DNA of 64,000 bases, taken from NCBI GenBank assembly GCA_964016885.1, contig OZ024741.1, positions 255,192,001-255,256,000 on the forward strand, given 5' to 3'. This stretch comes from Eledone cirrhosa (lineage: Eukaryota). The stretch's first letter is position 1. Every line of letters starts with the position of its first letter. The notes below the pieces were generated by a model. The model had not been told where the DNA came from. It ran no database searches and worked only from the letters and a program-made list of their open reading frames with translations. Positions 47,101 through 52,600 of this stretch are shown here, in pieces. Both the position numbers and the translations under genes were made by a program.

Positions 47101-49698
47101 TGTTGCTGATTTCTGTGTCAGTGCCAGTGTTGTTGTTGTTGCTGTTTTCTCTGTCAATGCCAGTGTTGTTGTAGTTGTTGCTGTTTTCTGTGTCAGTGCC
47201 ACTGTTGTTGTTGCTGTTTTCTGTGTCAGTGCCAGTGTTGTTGTTGTTGCTGTTTTCTCTGTCAGTGCCAGTGTTGTTGTTGCTGTTTTCTCTGTCAGTG
47301 CCAGTGTTGTTGTTGTTGCTGTTTTCTGTGTCAGTGCCAGTGTTGTTGTAGTTGTTGCTGTTTTCTGTGCCAGTGCCAGTGTTGTTGTAGTTGTTGCTGT
47401 TTTCTGTGTCAGTGCCAGTGTTGTTGTAGTTGTTGCTGTTTTCTCTGTGAGTGCCAGTGTTGTTGTAGTTGTTGCTGTTTTCTCTGTCAGTGCCAGTGTT
47501 GTTGTAGTTGCTTTTTTCTGTGTCAGTGCCAGTGTTGTTGTTGTTGCTGTTTTCTCTGTCAGTGCCAGTGTTGTTGTAGTTGTTGCTGTTTTCTGTGCCA
47601 GTGCCAGTGTTATTGTTGCTGTTGTTGCAGTTTTGTCTGTCAGTGCCAGTGTTGTAGTTGTTGCTGTTTTCTCTGTCAGTGCCAGTGTTGTTGTAGTTGT
47701 TGCTGTTTTCTCTGTCAGTGCCAGTGTTGTTGTAGTTGTTGCTGTTTTCTGTGTCAATGCCATTGTTGTTGTTGTTGCTGTTTTCTCTGTCAGTGCCAGT
47801 GTTGTTGTTGTTGCTGTTTTCTCTGTCAGTGCCAGTGTTCTTGTTGTTGCTGTTTTCTCTGTCAGTGCCAGTGTTGTTGTAGTTGTTGCTGTTTTCTGTG
47901 TCAGTGCCAGTGTTGTTGTAGTTGTTGCTGTTTTCTCTGTCAGTGCCAGTGTTGTTGTAGTTGTTGCTGTTTTCTCTGTCAGTGCCAGTGTTGTTGTAGT
48001 TGTTGCTGTTTTCTGTGTCAGTGCCAGTGTTGTTGTTGTTGCTGTTTTCTCTGTCAGTGCCAGTGTTGTTGTAGTTGTTGCTGTTTTCTGTGTCAGTGCC
48101 AATGTTGTTGTTGCTGTTTTCTGTGTCGGTGCCAGTGTTGTTGTTGTTGCTGTTTTCTCTGTCAGTGCCAGTGTTGTTGTTGCTGTTTTCTCTGTCAGTA
48201 CCAGTGTTGTTGTTGCTGTTTCCTGTGTCAGTGCCATTGTTATTGCTGTTGTTGCTGTTTTCTCTGTCAGTGCCAGTGTTGTTGTTGCTGTTGTTGCTGT
48301 GGCTGTTTTCTCTGTCAGTGCCAGTGTTGTTGTAGTTGTTGCTGTTTTCTCTGTCAGTGCCAGTGTTGTAGTTGTTGCTGTTTTCTGTGTCAGTGCCAGT
48401 GTTGTTGTTGTTTCTGTTTTCTCTGTCAGTGCCAGTGTTGTTGTAGTTGTTGCTGTTTTCTCTGTCAGTGCCAGTGTTGTTGTAGTTGTTGCTGTTTTTT
48501 GTGTCAGTGCCGGTGTTGTTGTTGTTGCTGTTTTCTCTGTCAGTGCCAGTGTTGTTGTTGTTGCTGTTTTCTCTGTCAGTGCCAGTGTTGTTGTAGTTGT
48601 TGCTGTTTTCTGTGCCAGTGCCAGTGTTACTGTTGCTGTTGTTGCTGTTTTGTCTGTCAGTGCCAGTGTTGTTGTTGTTGCTGTTTTCTCTGTCAGTGCC
48701 AGTGTTGTTGTTGTTGCTGTTTTCTGTGTCAGTGCCAGTGTTGTTGTAGTAGTTGCTGTTTTCTGTGTCAGTGCCAGTGTTGTTGTAGTTGTTGCTGTTT
48801 TCTGTGTCAGTGCCAGTGTTGTTGTAGTTGTTGCTGTTTTCTCTGTCAGTGCCAGTGTTGTTGTAGTTGTTGCTGTTTTCTCTGTCAGTGCCAGTGTTGT
48901 TGTAGTTGTTGCTGTTTTCTGTGTCAATGCCAGTGTTGTTGTTGTTGCTGTTTTCTCTGCCAGTGCCAGTGTTGTAGTTGTTGCTGTTTTCTCTGTCAGT
49001 GCCAGTGTTGTTGTAGTTGTTGCTGTTTTCTGTGTCACTGCCAGTGTTGTTGCTGTTGTTGCTGTTTTCTGTGTCAGTGCCAGTGTTGTTGTTGTTGCTG
49101 TTTTCTCTGTCAGTGCCAGTGTTGTTCTAGTTGTTGCTGTTTTCTGTGTCAGTGCCAGTGTTGTTGTAGTTGTTGCTGTTTTCTCTGTCAGTGCCAGTGT
49201 TGTTGTAGTTGTTGCTGTTTTCTCTGTCAGTGCCAGTGTTGTTGTAGTTGTTTCTGTTTTCTGTGTCAGTGCCAGTGTTGTTGTTGTTGCTGTTTTCTCT
49301 GTCAGTGCCAGTGTTGTTGTAGTTATTGCTGTTTTCTGTGTCAGTGCCACTGTTGTTGTTGCTGTTTTCTGTGTCAGTGCCAGTGTTGTTGTTGTTGCTG
49401 TTTTCTCTGTCAGTGCCAGTGTTGTTGTTGCTGTTTTCTCTGTCAGTGCCAGTGTTGTTGTTGCTGTTTTCTGTGTCAGTGCCATTGTTATTGCTGTTGT
49501 TGCTGTTTTCTCTGTCAGTGCCAGTGTTGTTGTAGTTGTTGCTGTTTTCTCTGTCAGTGCCAGTGTTGTTGTAATTGTTGCTATTTTCTGTGTCAGTGCC
49601 ACTGTTGTTGCTGTTGTTGCTGTTTTCTGTGTCAGTGCCAGTGTTGTTGCTGTTGTTGCTGTTTTCTGTGTCAGTGCCAGTGTTGTTGTTGTTGCTGT
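28237..49698 (-). CDS. Possible giant Thr-rich mucin-like repeat ORF, (TTTTTLALT[Q/E]KTA)n, >7100 codons; coding status unproven
   Basis: Stop-free frame between the TAA at 49699-49701 and a TGA at 28237 reached after a -1 frameshift near 28275. There is no credible start, signal peptide or non-repeat domain. The commonest variant (ACA/ACT) is silent in this frame, but openness is also expected from the triplet-based monomer. Confidence 0.18.
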   Translation of the reverse strand, partial: TATTTTLALTQKTATTATTLALTQKTATTATTVALTQKIATITTTLALTEKTATTTTTLALTEKTATTAITMALTQKTATTTLALTEKTATTTLALTEKTATTTTLALTQKTATTTVALTQKTAITTTTLALTEKTATTTTLALTQKTETTTTTLALTEKTATTTTTLALTEKTATTTTTLALTQKTATTRTTLALTEKTATTTTLALTQKTATTATTLAVTQKTATTTTTLALTEKTATTTTLALAEKTATTTTLALTQKTATTTTTLALTEKTATTTTTLALTEKTATTTTTLALTQKTATTTTTLALTQKTATTTTTLALTQKTATTTTLALTEKTATTTTLALTDKTATTATVTLALAQKTATTTTTLALTEKTATTTTLALTEKTATTTTPALTQKTATTTTTLALTEKTATTTTTLALTEKTETTTTLALTQKTATTTTLALTEKTATTTTTLALTEKTATATTATTTLALTEKTATTAITMALTQETATTTLVLTEKTATTTLALTEKTATTTTLAPTQKTATTTLALTQKTATTTTTLALTEKTATTTTLALTQKTATTTTTLALTEKTATTTTTLALTEKTATTTTTLALTQKTATTTTTLALTEKTATTRTLALTEKTATTTTLALTEKTATTTTMALTQKTATTTTTLALTEKTATTTTTLALTEKTATTTTLALTDKTATTATITLALAQKTATTTTTLALTEKTATTTTLALTQKKATTTTLALTEKTATTTTTLALTEKTATTTTTLALTQKTATTTTTLALAQKTATTTTTLALTQKTATTTTLALTEKTATTTLALTEKTATTTTLALTQKTATTTVALTQKTATTTTTLALTEKTATTTTLALTQKSATTTTRLALTEKAATTTTTLALTEKTATATTLALTQKTATTTTTLALTEKTATTTTLALTEKTATTTTTLALTEKTATTTTTLALTQKTATTTTTLSLTEKTATTTTTLALTEKTATTTTLALTQKTATTTTTLALTEKTATTTTLALTDKTATTATITLALAQKTATVTTTTLALTQKTATVTTTTLALTVKIATTTTLALTVKIATTTTLALTEKTATTTTTLALTEKTATTTILALTEKTATTTTLALTEKTATTTTTLALTQKSATTTTKLALTEKTATTTTTLAMTEKTATTTLALTQKTATTTTTLALTEKTATTTTLALTQKTATTTTTLALTEKTATTTTTLALTEKTATTTTTLALTQKTATTTTTLALAQKTATTTTTLALTQKTATTTLALTQKTATTTTLALTEKTATTTTLALTEKTATTTTPALTQKTATTTTTLALTEKTATTTTTLALTEKTATATTLALTQKTATTTTLALTEKTATTTTTLALTEKTATATTATTTLALTEITATTTLALTEKTATTTTLSPTQKTATTTVALTQKTAITTTTLALTEKTATTTTLALTQKTATTATTLALTQKTATTTTTLALTEKTATTTTLALTEKTATTTTLALTQKTSTTTTTLALTEKTATTTTTLALTEKTATTTTTLALTQKTATTTTTLALTQKTATTTTTLAMTQKTATTTTLALTEKTATTTTPALTQKTATTTTTLAQKTATTATTTLALTQKTATTTLALTQKTATTATTTVALTQKTATTATITLALAQKTATATLELAQKTATVTTTTLALTKKTATTTTLALTVKIATATTLALTEKTATTTTLALTQKTAKTTTTLALTEKTASTTVALTQKTATTTTTLALTEKTATTTTLALSQKTATTTTTLTLTQKTATTTTSLALTEKIATTTTLALTQKTATTTTLALTQKTATTTTTLALTEKTATTTTLALTEKTATTTTTLALTEKTATTTTTLALTQKTATTTTTLALTEKTATTTTTLALTQKTATTTTTLALTQKTATTTTLALTEKTATTTTLALTDKTATTATVTLALAQKTATTTTTLALTEKTATTTTLALTEKTATTTTPALTQKTATTTTTLALTEKTATTTTTLALTEKTETTTTLALTQKTATTTTLALTEKTATTTTTLALTEKTATATTATSTLALTEKTATTAITMALTQKTATTTLALTQKTATTTTTLALTEKTATTTTLALTQKTATTTTTLALTEKTATTTTTLALTEKTATTTTTLALTQKTATTTTTLALTEKTATTRTLALTEKTATTTTLALTEKTATTTTLALTQKTATTTTTLALTEKTATTTTTLALTEKTATTTTLALTDKTATTATITLALAQKTATTTTTLALTEKTATTTTLALTQKTATTTTLALTEKTATTTTTLALTEKTATTTTTLAVTQKTATTTTTLALAQKTATTTTTLALTQKTATTTTLALTEKTATTTLALTEKTATTTTLALTQKTATTTVALTQKTATTTTTLALTEKTATTTTLALTQKTATTTTTLALTEKTATTTTTLALTEKTATTTTTLALTQKTATTTTTLALTEKTATTRTLALTEKTATTTTLALTEKTATTTTLALTQKTATTTTTLALTEKTATTTTTLALTEKTATTTTLALTDKTATTATITLALAQKTATTTTTLALTEKTATTTTLALTQKTATTTTLALTEKTATTTTTLALTEKTATTTTTLAVTQKTATTTTTLALAQKTATTTTTLALTQKTATTTTLALTEKTATTTLALTEKTATTTTLALTQKTATTTVALTQKTATTTTTLALTEKTATTTTLALTQKTATTTTRLALTEKAATTTLALTEKTATTTTLALTQKTATTTVALTQKTATTTTTLALTEKTATTTTLALTQKTATTTTTLPLTEKTATTTTTLALTEKTATTTTTLALTQKTATTTTTLALTEKTATTRTLALTEKTATTTTLALTEKTATTTTLALTQKTATTTTTLALTEKTATTTTTLALTEKTATTTTLALTDKTATTATITLALAQKTATTTTTLALTEKTATTTTLALTQKTATTTTLALTEKTATTTTTLALTEKTATTTTTLAVTQKTATTTTTLALAQKTATTTTTLALTQKTATTTTLALTEKTATTTLALTEKTATTTTLALTQKTATTTVALTQKTATTTTTLALTEKTATTTTLALTQKTATTTTRLALTEKAATTTTTLALTEKTATATTLALTQKTATTTTTLAMTEKTATTTTLALTEKTATTTTTLALTEKTATTTTTLALTQKTATTKTTLSLTEKTATTTTTLALTEKTVTTTTLALTQKTATTTTTLALTEKTATTTTLALTDKTATTATITLALAQKTATVTTTTLALTQKTATVTTTTLALTVKIATTTTLALTVKIATTTTLALTEKTATRTTTLALTEKTATTTILALTEKTATTTTLALTKKTATTTTTLALTQKSATTTTKLALTEKTATTTTTLALTEKTATTTLALTQKTATTTTTLALTEKTATTTTLALTQKTATTTTTLALTEKTATTTTTLALTEKTATTTTTLALTQKTATTTTTLALAQKTATTTTTLALTQKTATTTLALTQKTATTTTLALTDKTATTATITLALAQKTATTTTTLALTEKTATTTTLALTQKTATTTTLALTEKTATTTTTLALTEKTATTTTTLAVTQKTATTTTTLALAQKTATTTTTLALTQKTATTTTLALTEKTATTTLALTEKTATTTTLALTQKTATTTVALTQKTATTTTTLALTEKTATTTTLALAQKTATTTTTLALTEKTATTTTTLALTEKTATTTTTLALTQKTATTTTTLALTEKTATTRTLALTEKTATTTTLALTEKTATTTTLALTQKTATTTTTLALTEKTATTTTTLALTEKTATTTTLALTDKTATTATITLALAQKTATTTTTLALTEKTATTTTLALTQKTATTTTLALTEKTATTTTTLALTEKTATTTTTLAVTQKTATTTTTLALAQKTATTTTTLALTQKTATTTTLALTEKTATTTLALTEKTATTTTLALTQKTATTTVALTQKTATTTTTLALTEKTATTTTLALTQKTATTTTRLALTEKAATTTLALTEKTATTTTLALTQKTATTTVALTQKTATTTTTLALTEKTATTTTLALTQKTATTTTTLALTEKTATTTTTLALTEKTATTTTTLALTQKTATTTTTLALTEKTATTRTLALTEKTATTTTLALTEKTATTTTLALTQKTATTTTTLALTEKTATTTTTLALTEKTATTTTLALTDKTATTATITLALAQKTATTTTTLALTEKTATTTTLALTQKTATTTTLALTEKTATTTTTLALTEKTATTTTTLAVTQKTATTTTTLALAQKTATTTTTLALTQKTATTTTLALTEKTATTTLALTEKTATTTTLALTQKTATTTVALTQKTATTTTTLALTEKTATTTTLALTQKTATTTTRLALTEKAATTTTTLALTEKTATATTLALTQKTATTTTTLAMTEKTATTTTLALTEKTARTTTTLALTEKTATTTTTLALTQKTATTKTTLSLTEKTATTTTTLALTEKTVTTTTLALTQKTATTTTTLALTEKTATTTTLALTDKTATTATITLALAQKTATVTTTTLALTQKTATVTTTTLALTVKIATTTTLALTVKIATTTTLALTEKTATRTTTLALTEKTATTTILALTEKTATTTTLALTKKTATTTTTLALTQKSATTTTKLALTEKTATTTTTLALTEKTATTTLALTQKTATTTTTLALTEKTATTTTLALTQKTATTTTTLALTEKTATTTTTLALTEKTATTTTTLALTQKTATTTTTLALAQKTATTTTTLALTQKTATTTLALTQKTATTTTLALTDKTATTATITLALAQKTATTTTTLALTEKTATTTTLALTQKTATTTTLALTEKTATTTTTLALTEKTATTTTTLAVTQKTATTTTTLALAQKTATTTTTLALTQKTATTTTLALTEKTATTTLALTEKTATTTTLALTQKTATTTVALTQKTATTTTTLALTEKTATTTTLALAQKTATTTTTLALTEKTATTTTTLALTEKTATTTTTLALTQKTATTTTTLALTEKTATTRTLALTEKTATTTTLALTEKTATTTTLALTQKTATTTTTLALTEKTATTTTTLALTEKTATTTTLALTDKTATTATITLALAQKTATTTTTLALTEKTATTTTLALTQKTATTTTLALTEKTATTTTTLALTEKTATTTTTLAVTQKTATTTTTLALAQKTATTTTTLALTQKTATTTTLALTEKTATTTLALTEKTATTTTLALTQKTATTTVALTQKTATTTTTLALTEKTATTTTLALTQKTATTTTRLALTEKAATTTTTLALTEKTATATTLALTQKTATTTTTLAMTEKTATTTTLALTEKTATTTTTLALTEKTATTTTTLALTQKTATTKTTLSLTEKTATTTTTLALTEKTATTTTLALTQKTATTTTTLALTEKTATTTTLALTDKTATTATITLALAQKTATVTTTTLALTQKTATVTTTTLALTVKIATTTTLALTVKIATTTTLALTEKTATRTTTLALTEKTATTTILALTEKTATTTTLALTKKTATTTTTLALTQKSATTTTKLALTEKTATTTTTLALTEKTATTTLALTQKTATTTTTLALTEKTATTTTLALTQKTATTTTTLALIEKTATTTTTLALTEKTATTTTTLALTQKTATTTTTLALAQKTATTTTTLALTQKTATTTLALTQKTATTTTLALTEKTATTTTLALTEKTATTTTPALTQKTATTTTTLALTEKTATTTTTLALTEKTATATTLALTQKTATTTTLALTEKTATTTTTLALTEKTATATTATTTLALTEKTATTSITMALTQKTATTTLALTEITATTTLALTEKTATTTTLSPTQKTATTTVALTQKTAITTTTLALTEKTATTTTLALTQKTATTATTLALTQKTATTTTTLALTEKTATTTTLALTEKTATTTTLALTQKTSTTTTTLALTEKTATTTTTLAMTEKTATTTTTLALTQKTATTTTTLALTQKTATTTTTLAMTQKTATTTTLSLTEKTATTTTLALTEKTATTTTPALTQKTATTTTTLAQKTATTATTTLALTQKTATTTLALTQKTATTATTTVALTQKTATTATITLALAQKTATATLELTQKTATVTTTTLALTKKTATTTTLTLTQKTATTTTLALTVKIATATTLALTEKTATTTTLALTQKTAKTTTTLALTEKTASTTVALTQKTATTTTTLALTEKTATTTTLALSQKTATTTTTLALTEKAATTTTTLALTEKTATATTLALTQKTATTTTTLALTQKTATTTTSLALTEKTATATTLALTVKIATTTTLALTQKTATTTTLALTQKTATTTTTLALTEKTATTTTLALTEKTATTTTTLALTEKTATTTTLALTQKTATTTTTLALTEKTATTTTTLALTEKTATTTTLALTQKTATTTTTLALTVKIATTTLALTQKTATTTTLALTEKTATTKTLTLTQKTATTTTTMALTEKTATTTTTLALTEKTATTTTTLALTQKTATTTTTLALTQKTATTTTLALTEKTATTTLALTEKTATTTTLAQTQKTATTTVALTQKTATTTTTLALTEKTATTTTLALTQKTETTTTTLALTEKAATTTTTLALTEKTATATTLALTQKTATTTTTLALTQKTATTTTSLALTEKTATATTLALTVKIATTTTLALTQKTATTTTTLALTEKTATTTTLALTEKTATTTTTLALTEKTATTTTTLALTEKTAKTTTTLALTEKTATTTTLALTEKTATTTTLALTQKTATTTTTLALTEKAATTTTTLALTEKTATATTLALTQKTATTTTTLALTQKTATTTTSLALTEKTATKTTLALTQKTATTTTTLALTEKTATTTLALTEKTATTTTLAPTQKTATTTVALTQKTAITTTTLALTEKTATTTLALTEKTATTTTLALTQKTATTTKTLALTEKTATTTTTLALTEKTATTITTLALTQKTATTRTTLALTQKTATTKTLALTEKTATTTTLALTQKTATTATTLALTQKTATTTTTLALTEKTATTTTLALTEKTLAMTQKTATTTTLALTEKIATTTTPALTQKTATTTTTLAQKTATTATTTLALTQKTATTTLALTQKTATTATTTVALTQKTATTTTITLALAQKTATATLELTQKTATVTTTTLALTKKTATTTTLTLTQKTATTTTLALTVKIATATTLALTEKTATTTTLALHRKQQKLQQHWH
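33980..43480. repeat. Recent, highly homogeneous 3792-bp higher-order repeat (~2.5 copies) built from 900-bp sub-blocks
   Basis: The marker TGTGTCAGCGCC has its variant C at 34243, 35143, 36919, 38035, 38935, 40711, 41827 and 42727. Spacings are 900, 1776, 1116, 900, 1776, 1116, 900 (period 3792). ORF-track pairs 34908/38700, 35991/39783 and 37177/40969 are 3792 apart. Confidence 0.93.
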
Positions 49699-52600
49699 TT
49701 ACTGTGTCAGTGCCAGTGTTGTTGTTGCTATTTTCACTCTCAGTGCCAGTGTTGTTGTAGTTGTTGCTGTTTTCTGTGTCAGTGCCAGTGTTGTTGTTGT
49801 TGCTGTTTTCTCTGTCAGTGCCAGTGTTGTTGTAGCTGTTGCTGTTTTCTGTGTCAGTGCCAGTGTTGTTGTAGTTGTTGCTGTTTTCTGTGTCAGTGCC
49901 AGTGTTGTTGTTGTTGCTGTTTTCTCTGTCAGTGCCAGTGTTGTTGTAGTTGTTGCTGTTTTCTCTGTCAGTGCCAGTGTTGTTGTAGTTGTTGCTGTTT
50001 TTTGTGTCAGTGCCAGTGTTGTTGTAGTTGTTGCTGTTTTCTGTGTCAGTGCCAGTGTTGTTGTAGTTGTTGCTGTTTTCTCTGTCAGTGCCAGTGTTGT
50101 TGTTGTTGTTGCTGTTTTCTCTGTCAGTGCCAGTGTTGTAGTTGTTGCTGTTTTCTCTGTCAGTGCCAGTGTTGTTGTAGTTGTTGCTGTTTTCTGTGTC
50201 AGTGCCAGTGTTGTTGCTGTTGCTGTTTTCTCTGTCAGTGCCAGTGTTGTTGTAGTTGTTGCTGCTTTCTCTGTCAGTGCCAGTGTTGTTGTAGTTGTTG
50301 CTGTTTTCTGTGTCAGTGCCAGTGTTGTTGTTGTTGCTGTTTTCTCTGTCAATGCCAGTGTTGTTGTAGTTGTTGCTGTTTTCTGTGTCAGTGCCACTGT
50401 TGTTGTTTCTGTTTTCTGTGTCAGTGCCAGTGTTGTTGTTGTTGCTGTTTTCTCTGTCAGTGCCAGTGTTGTTGTTGCTGTTTTCTCTGTCAGTGCCAGT
50501 GTTGTTGTTGTTGCTGTTTTCTGTGTCAGTGCCATTGTTATTGCTGTTGTTGCTGTTTTCTGTGTCAGTGCCAGTGTTGTTGTTGCTGTTGTTGCTTTTT
50601 TCTGTGTCAGTGCCAGTGTTGTTGTAGTTGTTGCTGTTTTCTCTGTCAGTGCCAGTGTTGTAGTTGTTGCTGTTTTCTGTGTCAGTGCCAGTGTTGTTGT
50701 TGTTGCTATTTTCACTGTCAGTTCCAGTGTTGCTGTTGCTGTTTTCTGTGCCAGTGCCAGTGTTATTGTTGCTGTTGTTGCTGTTTTCTGTGTCAGTGCC
50801 ACGGTTGTTGTTGCTGTTGTTGCTGTTTTCTGTGTCAGTGCCAGTGTTGTTGTTGCTGTTTTCTGTGTCAGTGCCAGTGTTGTTGTTGCTGTTGTTGCTG
50901 TTTTCTGTGCCAGTGTTGTTGTAGTTGTTGCTGTTTTCTGTGTCAGTGCCGGTGTTGTTGTTGTTGCTGTTTTCTCTGTCAGTGCCAGTGTTGTTGTTGT
51001 TGCTGTTTTCTGTGTCATTGCCAGTGTTGTTGTAGTTGTTGCTGTTTTTTGTGTCAGTGCCAGTGTTGTTGTAGTTGTTGCTGTTTTCTGTGTCAGTGCC
51101 AGTGTTGTTGTAGTTGTTGCTGTTTTCTCTGTCAGTGCCAGTGTTGTTGTAGTTGTTGCTGTTTTCTCTGTCAGTGCCAGTGTTGTTGTAGTTGTTGATG
51201 TTTTCTGTGTCAATGCCAGTGTTGTTGTTGTTGCTGTTTTCTCTGTCAGTGCCAGTGTTGTAGTTGTTGCTGTTTTCTCTGTCAGTGCCAGTGTTGTTGT
51301 AGTTGTTGCTGTTTTCTGTGTCAGTGCCAGTGTTGTTGCTGTTGTTGCTGTTTTCTGTGTCAGTGCCAGTGTTGTTGTTGTTGCTGTTTTCTCTGTCAGT
51401 GCCAGTGTTGTTGTAGTTATTGCTGTTTTCTGTGTCAGTGCCACTGTTGTTGTTGCTGTTTTCTGTGTCGGTGACAGTGTTGTTGTTGTTGCTGTTTTCT
51501 CTGTCAGTGCCAGTGTTGTTGTTGCTGTTATCTCTGTCAGTGCCAGTGTTGTTGTTGCTGTTTTCTGTGTCAGTGCCATTGTTATTGATGTTGTTACTGT
51601 TTTCTCTGTCAGTGCCAGTGTTGTTGTTGCTGTTGTTGCTGTTGCTGTTTTCTCTGTCAGTGCCAGTGTTGTTGTAGTTGTTGCTGTTTTCTCTGTCAGT
51701 GCCAGTGTTGTAGTTGTTGCTGTTTTCTGTGTCAGTGCCAGTGTTGTTGCTGTTGCTGTTTTCTCTGTCAGTGCCAGTGTTGTTGTAGTTGTTGCTGTTT
51801 TCTCTGTCAGTGCCAGTGTTGTTGTAGTTGTTGCTGTTTTCTGTGTCAGTGCCGGTGTTGTTGTTGTTGCTGTTTTCTCTGTCAATGCCAGTGTTGTTGT
51901 TGTTGCTGTTTTCTCTGTCAGTGCCAGTGTTGTTGTTGTTGCTGTTTTCTGTGTCAGTGCCAGTGTTGTTGTTGCTGTTTTCTGTGTCAGTGCCAGTGTT
52001 GTTGTAGTTGTTGCTGTTTTCTGTGCCAGTGCCAGTGTTGTTGTAGTTGTTGCTGTTTTCTGTGTCAGTGCCAGTGTTGTTGTAGTTGTTGCTGTTTTCT
52101 CTGTGAGTGCCAGTGTTGTTGTAGTTGTTGCTGTTTTCTCTGTCAGTGCCAGTGTTGTTGTAGTTGTTGCTGTTTTCTGTGTCAGTGCCAGTGTTGTTGT
52201 TGTTGCTGTTTTCTCTGTCAATGCCAGTGTTGTTGTAGTTGTTGCTGTTTTCTGTGTCAGTGCCAGTGTTGTTGTTGCTGTTTTCTCTGTCATTGCCAGT
52301 GTTGTTGTAGTTGTTGCTGTTTTCTCTGTCAGTGCCAGTTTTGTTGTAGTTGTTGCTGATTTCTGTGTCAGTGCCAGTGTTGTTGTAGTTGTTGCTGTTT
52401 TCTCTGTCAGTGCCAGTGTTGTTGTTGTTGCTGTTTTCTCTGTCAGTGCCAGTATTGTAGTTGTTGCTGTTTTCTCTGTCAGTGCCAGTGTTGTTGTTGT
52501 TGTTGCTGTTTTCTCTGTCAGTGCCAGTGTTGTTGTTGTTGCTATTTTCACTGTCAGTGCCAGTGTTGTTGTTGTTGCTATTTTCACTGTCAGTGCCAGT

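Noticed and set aside
28237-49698. Antifreeze glycoprotein or ice-nucleation protein
   Set aside because: The repeat is neither (Thr-Ala-Ala)n nor the InaZ-type AGYGSTxT repeat; only Thr-richness is shared.
34501-51198. Cys-rich (CCCFLCQCQC)n ORFs resembling metallothionein or keratin-associated proteins
   Set aside because: These are an alternative frame of (TGT)n in the same repeat, repeatedly ended by the AGTGAT and GCTGAT variants, with no real start or domain.
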